A stretch of 63,949 nt of DNA, counting the filler, from Barthelona sp. PAP020 (taxonomy: Eukaryota), in NCBI GenBank assembly GCA_040182905.1. It is 6 parts of 6 records of this genome, joined end to end, with 100 filler letters (N's around TTAATTAATTAA, not from the genome) between each part and the next. Parts side by side here need not be neighbours in the genome. Positions count along the whole stretch, not along the records: positions 44,097 to 54,690 come from JARQWU010000396.1; positions 54,791 to 63,949 come from JARQWU010000430.1; 4 more parts are not named here. One strand, 5' to 3'. The notes under the pieces were generated by a model that saw only the letters and a program-made list of their open reading frames with translations, was not told the origin of the DNA and did not search any database. A program made the translations under genes and the position numbers. Of this stretch, positions 53,660 to 63,705 are shown piece after piece (position 1 is the first letter of the stretch; the number at the start of each line of letters is the position of its first letter).

Positions 53660-54130
53660 ATGAGTATTTGTTTGACTCAATCTGAAATTGACGCATGTAG
53701 AAGCACATTTAGTCGATATGCACGAGTGGAAAAAGGACACATTGATATGTGGCAATTGAGGAGTTGTCTCAGTGAATTGAACAAAGAACCACCTGAAGAA
53801 GAGTTTTTTAGATTAATAGAACACATTGACGATAATGGAACCGGAAAAATTGCTTTTAATCAGTTTCTTCAAATCATTTCCAACCAAAAGATGTTGGCAA
53901 AACCTGATGATGACAATGATACATTAGAAGCTTTTGTTGCTTTGGGTGGAAATCCAGATAAAACTGGAACTGTTTTGATTGAAACAATCAACACAACCAT
54001 TGCTGAATATGGGCTTGCTCATAATGTTAATGACATAACTCAAAAGTTCAACGATAATGACAATGGGAAATTGGATTATGAGAGTTTTGCTTTGATGTTG
54101 ACTGATCGAAACAAATCTGTTACCTCATAA
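53660..54130 (+). CDS. EF-hand protein, outer-arm dynein 18-kDa light chain (LC4)-like
   Basis: Calmodulin-like; DDNGTGKIAFNQF; DTLEAFVALGGNPDKTG.V typical of LC4. Confidence 0.82.
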   Translation: MSICLTQSEIDACRSTFSRYARVEKGHIDMWQLRSCLSELNKEPPEEEFFRLIEHIDDNGTGKIAFNQFLQIISNQKMLAKPDDDNDTLEAFVALGGNPDKTGTVLIETINTTIAEYGLAHNVNDITQKFNDNDNGKLDYESFALMLTDRNKSVTS

Positions 54131-54503
54131 TCATTCATTTGGTTAAATCATTTTAATTATTTTAATGTTTATTCTGTAATTTAGTAGATAGGTATTTCCA
54201 GGTATTGTTAATTTGTAAAAAACCAATTTTTTTATTTTAATGTTTGATTTTTTGATCAAATAATGACTTTTCGGTGAGATCAGTCATATCCTGAAGTGAT
54301 ATATCAGAAGCTGTATGGAAAAGAAAAGGAAAAGTAGTTCTTTCATTTATTTTTTTGTTGAACCATTTTGGGTAATAAGCAAAGTTCTTTTATTGTAGCC
54401 AAATGTTTCATTTTTTTCGTATGTAAAGGAAATAGAAAAAATTGAATTATGGTCAATGTGATTCTCTTTTGCACAATATTGCTACAGATCTTTTTCTCTT
54501 AAA

Positions 54504-54690
54504 ATGAAGTTTGTTGCTTGTGATGCTAATGCTGCGGCTGCACATATTTCTTATGCATGTTCTGATGTATCTGTAATTTATCCAATTACCTTCCACTCAA
54601 ATGGCCGAATTGAGTGACAAGTGGTCAGTTGAAGGACGAAAAAATGTTTTTGACGAAGTAGTTGAAGTTCGACAAATGCAATCTGAAGGT
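54504..54690 (+). CDS. PFO: Pyruvate:ferredoxin oxidoreductase (PFOR), 5' fragment with a 2-nt frameshift at 54588-54590
   Basis: MKFVACDANAAAAHISYACSDVSVIYPIT then, in the shifted frame, PSTQMAELSDKWSVEGRKNVFDEVVEVRQMQSEG, giving the PFOR signature YPITPS...MQSE.G. Truncated by the contig end; absent from the ORF track. Confidence 0.9.
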
Positions 54691-54790
54691 NNNNNNNNNN
54701 NNNNNNNNNNNNNNNNNNNNNNNNNNNNNNNNNNTTAATTAATTAANNNNNNNNNNNNNNNNNNNNNNNNNNNNNNNNNNNNNNNNNNNN
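54691..54790. other. Artificial contig spacer
   Basis: N44-TTAATTAATTAA-N44. Confidence 0.98.
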
Positions 54791-54961
54791 GTTCGTGTAA
54801 TGAAGTTAGCTGTCGGTGATGAAGGCTTGGTTAAAGCCTCTGGTGCTGTTCGTGATTATGAAACTGCCGTTAAAATGGTCCAAACTGGTGCTGATAGAAT
54901 TGGAACAAGTTCTGGTATTAATATTATTTCCAAAAGTGTTGCATCTTCTGCTGATTATTAA
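54791..54961 (+). CDS. deoC: Deoxyribose-phosphate aldolase (DeoC/DERA), 3' fragment
   Basis: VRVMKLAVGDEGLVKASGAVRDYETAVKMVQTGADRIGTSSG...DY*: VKASGG.R and GA.RIGTS motifs plus terminal Tyr. Not in the ORF track. Confidence 0.9.
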   Translation, partial: VRVMKLAVGDEGLVKASGAVRDYETAVKMVQTGADRIGTSSGINIISKSVASSADY

Positions 54962-55181
54962 GTAAAATTTGTTTTATGTTTTTCTTTGCTTTAAGTTTTT
55001 CCAAAACTTTCCAAATTTTATGTTTACCCTCGCAAAACTGCTGAAAATAGAGCCAACTATTCATGCCAAAGAGAAATTATTTTGAAAAATAATTTTGACA
55101 CAATTTTTTATTTTTTTTTTTGATGAAAAGTATTTCAAAAAAAAACTTTCTCTTTTAACAATTTACTCACAAATTACAAAA

Positions 55182-55934
55182 CTAATTGTCAATTATACGT
55201 CTCAAAATTGTACAAAACATGTTTGAGTCATATCTGACTTCTGATGCATACAAATTGGCCAAACGGTCATCTTCCAAAGCAACAGTAATAGCTACAACCG
55301 TTTCATCGTCTGATAAATAACCACTAGATCTTAAGCGATAAATGAAAGATATACAATCAACTCTCAAAGCATTTATGTCAAACAATGGCATATATACATT
55401 GCTGTTATTATCTTCAATATTTGATATTTCTGCCGAATTTGAAACCGGTCCAAGGAAAGATTCATGATTACTGGGCCATTCAGGGGTATTTTCATTCTTT
55501 TTCAAATTCAAATGGTTCAATCGTGGACTTGATCTATTAAAATCATATGTTTTTGTGGTATTTTTCATTGGAGAATGAGTTTTGCCTGACTTTATTTTGG
55601 GAGAATTTGGCGGTGAAGATGGACGTGGCGTTTTCAAATTAGGTGTTGGTTGAGGTATATTAACAACTCGGTTCCCACTGTTAGGCGTTGCTAAATGAGA
55701 ATTGGAATTTATTGGTGTCTTTCCACTTTTCGAAACATTTGAAATGGATTGCTGTGTATTTTGAATCATTTGTTGGCTGGTATTTGCTTTTGGGGAATTG
55801 TACATCGATTTTGAATCAATATTGTTGGTTTTCAATTTTGAATTTAATTTTCTTTCATAAGTGTTCAATTCGGCCAAAGATTGTAGTTGTGCATTTAATT
55901 GTGCCAATAAAACATCGGGATCTAACTCAGACAT
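55182..55934 (-). CDS. Hypothetical Ser/Pro/Asn-rich protein with small C-terminal helical domain
   Basis: 250-aa ATG ORF. Confidence 0.6.
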   Translation of the reverse strand: MSELDPDVLLAQLNAQLQSLAELNTYERKLNSKLKTNNIDSKSMYNSPKANTSQQMIQNTQQSISNVSKSGKTPINSNSHLATPNSGNRVVNIPQPTPNLKTPRPSSPPNSPKIKSGKTHSPMKNTTKTYDFNRSSPRLNHLNLKKNENTPEWPSNHESFLGPVSNSAEISNIEDNNSNVYMPLFDINALRVDCISFIYRLRSSGYLSDDETVVAITVALEDDRLANLYASEVRYDSNMFCTILRRIIDN

Positions 55935-55965
55935 AAATAAATAATAATTTCAAATTTTTGAATTA
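55935..55965. promoter_or_regulatory. 31-bp AT-rich gap between divergent start codons (putative minimal bidirectional promoter)
   Basis: AAATAAATAATAATTTCAAATTTTTGAATTA between ATG 55934 (-) and ATG 55966 (+); contains the inverted repeat TTCAAA/TTTGAA. Confidence 0.5.
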
Positions 55966-56793
55966 ATGCAACCTGCCCGAAAACAGGTTGATGATTTACA
56001 ATTATCAAAAAAAGAGAATGAAGGGATTGGATACACATATAATATTTGGTATAATCGTTGGATTGTTTCGAGAAATGAAAAATCAACAGAAGAGGTTGTT
56101 GAAGCTAGAAATACCATTATTAATGTTAAAACTGATTGTGGATTAACCAATGCAAATCAAAAACCAGGAAAAAGCTTCTGTTGCTTGTTTTTTGCCAGAG
56201 GTTGTTGTAGTAAAGGTAAAGATTGCAATTATTTGCATAGAATTCCAACCGACGAAGATGAGTATGCATTATCAATTGGAAATGACATTTTTGGACGTAC
56301 TAGGCATGAAATTGACCAGGATAATTATATGGGGGTTGGTTCATTTAATCGACCAAATAAATCGATTTGTGTGTATAATTTTAAACCGATTGAGAATATT
56401 TTGCAAAAATTATGGAATGTTTTTAAAGATTTTGGGGAAATAACTCAAATGAGGTTGCTGCATCAGAGCATTGCCATCATATTCTTTAAAAATCGTGCAA
56501 ATGCTGAATTTGCTAAAGAAGCTATGTTGGGACAAAAGTTTGAAGATTCAGTATTAATAACCCGGTGGGCTTCTATAAATGAATCTGGAGAGACCATTGA
56601 ACAAAAATCAATCATTCATAGCGAATTTGATTCAAAGAGTGAAGAAAGATTACGTAAATTAATGGAAGGTAACAGATATGAGAGTTATAAACGTACCCCT
56701 TCCATTGAATCCAAAGAAATGGAACAAGAACCCATCAATGTTGAAGAAAATCAAGCTGAATTGGACAAAATGTGGGATATATTGCCTGAATGA
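55966..56793 (+). CDS. CWC2: Pre-mRNA splicing factor Cwc2 (Torus/CCCH Zn finger plus RRM)
   Basis: PARKQV, YNIWYNRW, D.G.T.A, CLFFARGCC..G..C.YLHRIP, DIFGR, GVGSF, AEFAKEAM..Q, RWA. Confidence 0.93.
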   Translation: MQPARKQVDDLQLSKKENEGIGYTYNIWYNRWIVSRNEKSTEEVVEARNTIINVKTDCGLTNANQKPGKSFCCLFFARGCCSKGKDCNYLHRIPTDEDEYALSIGNDIFGRTRHEIDQDNYMGVGSFNRPNKSICVYNFKPIENILQKLWNVFKDFGEITQMRLLHQSIAIIFFKNRANAEFAKEAMLGQKFEDSVLITRWASINESGETIEQKSIIHSEFDSKSEERLRKLMEGNRYESYKRTPSIESKEMEQEPINVEENQAELDKMWDILPE

Positions 56794-56945
56794 TTGAGTG
56801 GATTGATTCTTTTTTGTATGGTCTGATTTTTGTTCTTTTTACTACACATTCCTGAAGATCATCTTATCACTTTATGACTATTAGGAAAAATAAATGAAAA
56901 TGAAAATTTACAATTTTTCTTTTAAAAAAACTGCCTAAATTTGAT

Positions 56946-59900
56946 TCAAATGGATGAAAAAGGCAAAAATAACAGGTCAATTTCAAGTAAATCATTGTCA
57001 AATTCAAAAGCACCATCTTTGCAAACAAATATAGATGCTGTGAAATTTATACTTAAAGCATTCAACAATTCAACGTCATTTGGGTCAAAAACAGGACAAA
57101 TATAATTGTTGAAAGAATCACTCCAAAGAACAATATTATCTGGAGAATTAAAGTGTTTGTTGTGGTCAGAATCATTTGTATTTTTCACCAAATTTTTCAA
57201 AATATTTAATTGATTTGAAAGAATTAACAAAATATCATCAATATAGTCTTTTTGATAATATCTCTTATTTTCAAAACATTTCAAAAGTTTGTACAACAAT
57301 TCAATATAAATACGATTCAAATGTTTGTTTGTTTTAACAATATTTAAATGTTGAAAATCAAAAAATCGGCTTAACTCTTTTAGAATCAATTCAATTGGTG
57401 TCGATTCCTCAAAGAGGTAAAAATATTTCACAAATTGAAAATATATACATAAATTTTTGGAGTAATTAAAGAAGGATTCATAAGTTTGCCCAAATTTTTG
57501 TAAAATTACAGAAATCATATCAAATAATTGATTTTGATACAAAAATCCTCGACTGATTGGCAAAACTTCATCGTAAATGTAGTTCAAAGTTTTGAGGAAT
57601 TTTTCAAATTCAAACATTCCAAAAGACTCAGATGTCAATATCTCAATGGCATCCACAAATTGTATAATATGTAAATGATTTGTGTTGAGAGATTTATTTT
57701 TAAATTTAGAGACATTCAATTCTGAATAATCTAAAAAGCACAACAATTTAGTTTCAGCATCAAAATTTAAATAACTGGCATGATTCAATTCTTCAAACCC
57801 ATGTTCAATGAGATAATATTGAAGATTTAGATAGAAATACTTCAATAAAGACGCAGAAGCAGTTGTACATTTGTTCAAAAAAAGAGTATAACAGGAGTCA
57901 ATGATATCGTGTAGCAAAACCAATTTATCAAACGAAATTGTTTCTTCCTCAATCAAAATTGAAAATTCATCAACATGCGGGGGATTAGCTTCATTCCTAT
58001 CAACAACATTATTTGAGTTGTAACTTCGAACTTTGCCTTTTATTTCATTGATGAAATGAATCAACAAAGAAAAAACGAAAAAAACTAAGCCGATTTCACT
58101 ATCTGGACATTTTTCCAACAAATATAAAACACTTACTGTTGCTTCCAATTTCTCTTTCAAAGTACGTGTTCCAACAGTACTGTTATGAATAAGAATCAAA
58201 ATGAAAGTCTTCAAAAACATTTGGAATATTTGTTGATTCTTTATATCATCGATAAAATAATCTAATTGAGATTTTTTAACATTTGAAAGACTATAAACAA
58301 TTAGATCATTGAATTTTTCATCAAAAATTGTCAAATTTTCAATGGATAAAGAATCTTGAACATTAGGTGTCTTCAAACCTTTGATCAAGAAAAAAGTCAT
58401 CAGACTTGAAAAGTCAATTGAATCTATTAATTCATAATTCAATAATTTCATGTCTTTAATAGCAGAAATCATGTTTTTCACTGTAAGGAGATCATAATCA
58501 TAACTTTTCTTCATCTTTAACGAATCAAAATAATTGCTTTGTAAATCATCCCATTGAACATGAATATTCTTAAATATCGATGTCTTAAAAGTAAAATTCA
58601 TCAAACTTACAAACATTGGCGTTGAAAATTCTATATTTTGCTTCAGTAAATTGGGAAATATATTTTCAATGATCTGTATTGAATCTTTGTTATTATAGTT
58701 TTCAAAAATTTGAGATATGATCTGACTTGTAATCTTTGGAAAATATTGAACTAATTCACCCAAGTATGATATCAATAAAGGAATGTTATCACTTAAACCA
58801 ACGATCAACTGTTCAATTTTATCCAAAACCAAAGGTGAATTGATGAGAGGAATTACTTTAACCAATTGAGAAAACAACACTGATTGTATTATGGATTGAT
58901 GCACAGGTGCTTCCAAAGTTGTGTCAAATTGCAATAAGGTTGGATTGAATATTATATTAATCACACTTTGTAAAAGTTGATTGAATAAATGATGCAAACT
59001 GGAAGTGTTTTTCAAGGGCGAAAGTTCAACGTTGTATGAGTTAACAGAATTGGGAGCAATTGCTAATTCCAACAATCTATGAAGATTTCTGCAAATAATA
59101 ATACTCATGGAGCTGGGTAAGATAAAATGATCTATTCCTTCCAAAAAACTAACCAGAAAATTCAAAAACAATGTTGAAATAGACAATCGAGAATGATTAT
59201 TGAATATGAAATCACTAATAATACTGCTAGATTGTCTAGCAAACTTATCAAACAAATTTGAAAGCTCACAAAGAACATGGATTTGAAAATATTCAGGTGT
59301 ATAGGAATGTATAGCAACCGTGATCATTACTTCAATGATAGGTTTTAAAAATCTTTCCAATTCAATTTCATCTGCTAGTTCTAATGAGTGAATTGCTAAA
59401 AAGAAATCTTCAACTTGTTGTCTTACACTATATTGCTTTTGAATCAAAGTAATTTCTTTTTCAAATTCAATACCGAAATCGCTTTCAAATTCAATATGTT
59501 CAACAGATTCACAACTGTCAGTTGAATTGTTCATCAATCGATTTGTCAAAAATTCAGCAAGATTGTCATAATTTTCATCCAATAAAATTAAAATTTCTTG
59601 CATACTCTTCATAAAATTTCCAATAACCCTACATTGAGGATAGCTGCTTGATAATAAAAAAGTTTCAAACTCAACACAAGGACGTTCATTAGAAGTCTTT
59701 TCTTCATCATCATCTTCATTCATAATTAATGGATTGGTTGAAGAGATTGTAATATTACTGAAAGCTCTTGGTCTGGAACTATCTTGATGTAAAGGATTTT
59801 GATAAGTAGTGATGCGATGCATCAAATCATCATTATTTTCATCAGAAACAAAATTCAAACCATGCATAATCAAACTCATACGATGAGTTTGTGTGTGAAA

Positions 59901-61211
59901 ATTCTCATCTCTTTGTTCCATTTCATTACTTAAATGAATTAATCCCATAGACATGGATTTATGCAGTTTTTGAACTTGAAAATGTTGAAAATCTATTGAT
60001 TTTCTCTTTATCAATTCAACAGAATCATGTTTCTGTGAATATGATAAATCATCAATAAATTCAAAAGAAGATGACATTTGATTTGGAACATTTGCATCTG
60101 TAATTGAAAAATTAGCCAAATTTCCTGAATCACTCAAAGTTTTTTGTGAACTCTCCAATTCTGCCAAAGAATTTGTAGTGTCTAATGGATCTAAAAATAA
60201 GCTACCTTCACCAATACTAAAAAAATATCCATCCTTTTGTTTTAAACATATGGGAACAACAGATTTTAATATTAATGTGTATTTTGCATTATTTTGAACC
60301 TTTTTATTTCCTTGAACATTAAAACACAAACAATTTAAGAAAATTGGATGTTCTGATAAATCACTTACGAAAGTTTTAATCAAATTCAAATCAATCTTAA
60401 TAATTTGATCATAATTTATTGATTTATTAATAACTTTATGAACAGGCAAACTGATAACTCTTGTAGGAACACCAGAATTTCCTAGAGATAAACAAGAAAT
60501 ACCTAAATCAATACCATCAATACCAACAAGATTAAAACTAAGTGCACAAAATTGATGAACATTTTCAAGATTCTTAAAACTTTTGATACGTAAATATAAT
60601 TCATTTTTGTTTTTTTTTATGGTAGAATTGTAAAATTTGATAGAAGCAATGGATTGATCCATCATTTCATCAATAGGTGTTTGTTTTAACGATACACTGC
60701 ATGATATTTCTTCAAATATACAATTATTCCCAAAATATTCTTGAAAATGTTTTTTATCAACAAAATATTGCATCAATTCAGTTAAAGTTTTCTCATGATT
60801 ATTAATTTTCTTTATTTTCATCGTAAATGGACATGATACAACATCAGGATCAGATAATTTAGTTAAAATAGGTATCAAAGGAATCATATCAAAACCAATT
60901 TTTTGATAACATTCAAAACCAGTATTATAAGTACTATTAACATTTTGGGGAGTCAAATATAATCTTTCATACACGATAAGATAAAAAAAATGGGAATTTG
61001 TAATGTTCTCATAATCGACATTTTCACATAAAAATTGATTAAAATAAGTCAAATTTAATGTATTATATGAAGGTAAAGGCTCTAAATTTAGTACAAACTC
61101 TTCACAAATTCTTTGTTTTGAGTTAATATCATGTAAACCAAAATGTAACCGTAAAGGATTGAAAGATTTAAAAGTCGCTCGATCTAAATTAAATACTAGT
61201 TGCCAACTCAT
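56946..61211 (-). CDS. Divergent DOCK-C/D-like protein with DHR-1 C2 domain; no recognisable DHR-2
   Basis: P....GLHDINSKQRICEEF..NL (cf. EPFF..L.LFD....KISADFH.DLN), NELYL, YDQIIKIDL, LLSSSYPQ....GNF, FL.PII. ATG 61211. Confidence 0.55.
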   Translation of the reverse strand: MSWQLVFNLDRATFKSFNPLRLHFGLHDINSKQRICEEFVLNLEPLPSYNTLNLTYFNQFLCENVDYENITNSHFFYLIVYERLYLTPQNVNSTYNTGFECYQKIGFDMIPLIPILTKLSDPDVVSCPFTMKIKKINNHEKTLTELMQYFVDKKHFQEYFGNNCIFEEISCSVSLKQTPIDEMMDQSIASIKFYNSTIKKNKNELYLRIKSFKNLENVHQFCALSFNLVGIDGIDLGISCLSLGNSGVPTRVISLPVHKVINKSINYDQIIKIDLNLIKTFVSDLSEHPIFLNCLCFNVQGNKKVQNNAKYTLILKSVVPICLKQKDGYFFSIGEGSLFLDPLDTTNSLAELESSQKTLSDSGNLANFSITDANVPNQMSSSFEFIDDLSYSQKHDSVELIKRKSIDFQHFQVQKLHKSMSMGLIHLSNEMEQRDENFHTQTHRMSLIMHGLNFVSDENNDDLMHRITTYQNPLHQDSSRPRAFSNITISSTNPLIMNEDDDEEKTSNERPCVEFETFLLSSSYPQCRVIGNFMKSMQEILILLDENYDNLAEFLTNRLMNNSTDSCESVEHIEFESDFGIEFEKEITLIQKQYSVRQQVEDFFLAIHSLELADEIELERFLKPIIEVMITVAIHSYTPEYFQIHVLCELSNLFDKFARQSSSIISDFIFNNHSRLSISTLFLNFLVSFLEGIDHFILPSSMSIIICRNLHRLLELAIAPNSVNSYNVELSPLKNTSSLHHLFNQLLQSVINIIFNPTLLQFDTTLEAPVHQSIIQSVLFSQLVKVIPLINSPLVLDKIEQLIVGLSDNIPLLISYLGELVQYFPKITSQIISQIFENYNNKDSIQIIENIFPNLLKQNIEFSTPMFVSLMNFTFKTSIFKNIHVQWDDLQSNYFDSLKMKKSYDYDLLTVKNMISAIKDMKLLNYELIDSIDFSSLMTFFLIKGLKTPNVQDSLSIENLTIFDEKFNDLIVYSLSNVKKSQLDYFIDDIKNQQIFQMFLKTFILILIHNSTVGTRTLKEKLEATVSVLYLLEKCPDSEIGLVFFVFSLLIHFINEIKGKVRSYNSNNVVDRNEANPPHVDEFSILIEEETISFDKLVLLHDIIDSCYTLFLNKCTTASASLLKYFYLNLQYYLIEHGFEELNHASYLNFDAETKLLCFLDYSELNVSKFKNKSLNTNHLHIIQFVDAIEILTSESFGMFEFEKFLKTLNYIYDEVLPISRGFLYQNQLFDMISVILQKFGQTYESFFNYSKNLCIYFQFVKYFYLFEESTPIELILKELSRFFDFQHLNIVKTNKHLNRIYIELLYKLLKCFENKRYYQKDYIDDILLILSNQLNILKNLVKNTNDSDHNKHFNSPDNIVLWSDSFNNYICPVFDPNDVELLNALSINFTASIFVCKDGAFEFDNDLLEIDLLFLPFSSI

Positions 61212-61341
61212 TGTATTATTCAATGCATGCAAAAATAAATTGCACAGAAGTCAATAAAAGAAATGTGAGGACATTTTTCATTTTGTTTTTATTGATTTTT
61301 AAGGTCTTTGTTTTTTCCAATTTGAAAATTTAAACCTTTAA

Positions 61342-63705
61342 ATGCAAAAAATTTTTCGTTCTGCAGATATTGAACGAGTTGAACTTTTGATTCAAAAACA
61401 TGTATCAAAAGAATTTGTTTCAAGATTAGGTACCCTTGAATTATGTGAACTTATTGATATTAATACACATTTGAATCCGTTACAAAAAGCTTTTACATCT
61501 CAAATTGTTCATTGTGATAATAGTTTGAGAAATTTAAGGTATTTTGAACAAAAACACAAAGAATTTATGGATGAATTTCCTTATTATAAACCTATAAGCT
61601 TATCAAGACAAAACGAAGAAGATTATCGTTTATCTTTTGAAGATTTGTCTATTACGTTAAATCAATTAACAAATGAAGTCAAAACACTTTCACAAAATCA
61701 TGAAGCAATTTTGAGGGATTTAGAAATCAATATTGAAAATAAATCGGTTCAATTGTTAACTTCATCTTTCTTATATGATGAAAAGACACTTATGCAACCA
61801 TTATCTATCAATTCGAAGGATATACATCAACCTTTAATATCATATTCATTTGGAAGTACAGTTCCTTATTTAGTTGGAGTTATTGGAGCAACAAAAATAG
61901 GATCATTGAAGAAAACCGTTTATAAATTGACTCGTGGAAATTGTGTTGTGAAATCGGTTGAAATTCCTTATGACTTTACCCATGATGCATTGAATACTGG
62001 TGATTCAAATCGTCATGTTGTATTAATTGTTTTTTCTGGCAACTATTCTCAAGATAAGCTTAAAAAACTTGCTGAAACTTTTGGAACACGTTTTTATACA
62101 TTCATGGAAGGAATTAAGAGTAGACAGTATATCGATGATTTGGAAAACCAAATTTCCAGCATGGAAATGATGTTGCAACCTGGTTTGAAACAAATTCGTA
62201 AAATTGTTGTTCGTGTTGGTGCTGTTATGGATCAATGGGAATATACCATTAATAGAGAGAGAGAAATATTTATCACTTTAAACAAATTTAAATATGATCA
62301 AAAAGAAACGCTAATTGGTGAAGCTTTTATCCCCAAGGATAAGTTACAACAATTATCTTCTCTCCTGTGTGAAATGAATGATGTTTACACTGCAACTGTA
62401 CCTTCATCATTTTTGATTAAACCTTATTATGGGGTTTTCCCAACATACTTCCCAACAAACAAGTATGTTGAAGGATTTCACAGTGTTGTGTCTGGTTATG
62501 GAACAGCCAGATTTAAAGAGGTAAACCCAACATTATTGACTTTGGTTACCTTTCCTTTCTTATTTGCCATTATGTATGGTGATTTGGGTCATGGATTTAT
62601 CTTATTTTTGATTGGTCTTTTGATAGTGTTAAATGAAAAAAAAATTGCAAACATCCCTTCAATTCGATACAATGAAATGTTTTCCTACCTATATGAAGGA
62701 AGGTATCTGATCTTAATGATGGGTATTTGGTCTATGTTTTGTGGTGCAGTTTATAATGACTTCATGGGTTTACCAATGACCATATTTTCTTCACATTGGA
62801 CTTTAGAAAACAATGAAACTTTTGTTCCTATTAATGGAACGGGACCATGCATTTTTGGCTTTGATCCATCCATTCGTCAATCCCAATTTGATATTATTTA
62901 TGCCAACTCATTCAAAATGAAGATGTCTATCATTGTAGGTGTTACTCATATGATGATTGGTGTTTTCTTCAGTTGCTTTAATCTTTTGAAATTCAAAACT
63001 TATTACAAGATTTTCACTCAATTTATTCCTCAAGTTTTATTTTTCGGTTCTTTCTTTGGTTATTTGGTATTTTTAATCATGTATAAATGGCTATTTCCCA
63101 AAGATATTTCATTATTAGCAGTATTGATGAATTTTGTTATGAATTTAGGTGGTATGGGTGATTTACCAGAATTATTTGGTTCTCAAGCTCAAATTCAAAA
63201 AGTGTTGTTCGTAATTTTGGTTTCATGTGTTCCTATTTTATTTTTTTCGACTCCAATTGTTCATTCAATCATTAAAAAGATTCAAGATAGAAGTGTTGAT
63301 TATTTATCAGCAGAATCAAATGTTTCTCATGAAAAAGAAGAAGATGATGAGAATATCTTTATGGAGACGATTATTGAAACAATTGAATTTTTATTGTCGA
63401 CGTTATCTCATACTGCATCATTTTTGAGACTTTGGGCTTTATCTTTGGCTCACTCTCAATTGTCAGATGTGTTCTACAACATGTTATTTGCGAAAGGATT
63501 GGTTGCTCCAACTCCAGTTATCATGGTTTTTGCATTTTTGTTGTGGGCTTTTGCTACGATATTTATTTTGTTAGTATTAGAAGGATTATCTGCCTTTTTA
63601 CATGCTTTAAGGTTGCATTGGGTTGAATTTATGTCTAAATTTTACAAAGGGGATGGTGTTCCTTTGAAACCTTTCAATTTAAGCAAAGATTCTTTGTTGC
63701 ATTAA
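61342..63705 (+). CDS. ATP6V0A: V-type H+-ATPase V0 subunit a
   Basis: FRS, PTYF.TN, YG.ARFKEVNP, FPFLFAIMYGD.GHG, GRY, NSFKMKMSII.GV.HM, SHTASFLRLWALSLAH, SAFLHALRLHWVEF. Confidence 0.97.
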   Translation: MQKIFRSADIERVELLIQKHVSKEFVSRLGTLELCELIDINTHLNPLQKAFTSQIVHCDNSLRNLRYFEQKHKEFMDEFPYYKPISLSRQNEEDYRLSFEDLSITLNQLTNEVKTLSQNHEAILRDLEINIENKSVQLLTSSFLYDEKTLMQPLSINSKDIHQPLISYSFGSTVPYLVGVIGATKIGSLKKTVYKLTRGNCVVKSVEIPYDFTHDALNTGDSNRHVVLIVFSGNYSQDKLKKLAETFGTRFYTFMEGIKSRQYIDDLENQISSMEMMLQPGLKQIRKIVVRVGAVMDQWEYTINREREIFITLNKFKYDQKETLIGEAFIPKDKLQQLSSLLCEMNDVYTATVPSSFLIKPYYGVFPTYFPTNKYVEGFHSVVSGYGTARFKEVNPTLLTLVTFPFLFAIMYGDLGHGFILFLIGLLIVLNEKKIANIPSIRYNEMFSYLYEGRYLILMMGIWSMFCGAVYNDFMGLPMTIFSSHWTLENNETFVPINGTGPCIFGFDPSIRQSQFDIIYANSFKMKMSIIVGVTHMMIGVFFSCFNLLKFKTYYKIFTQFIPQVLFFGSFFGYLVFLIMYKWLFPKDISLLAVLMNFVMNLGGMGDLPELFGSQAQIQKVLFVILVSCVPILFFSTPIVHSIIKKIQDRSVDYLSAESNVSHEKEEDDENIFMETIIETIEFLLSTLSHTASFLRLWALSLAHSQLSDVFYNMLFAKGLVAPTPVIMVFAFLLWAFATIFILLVLEGLSAFLHALRLHWVEFMSKFYKGDGVPLKPFNLSKDSLLH

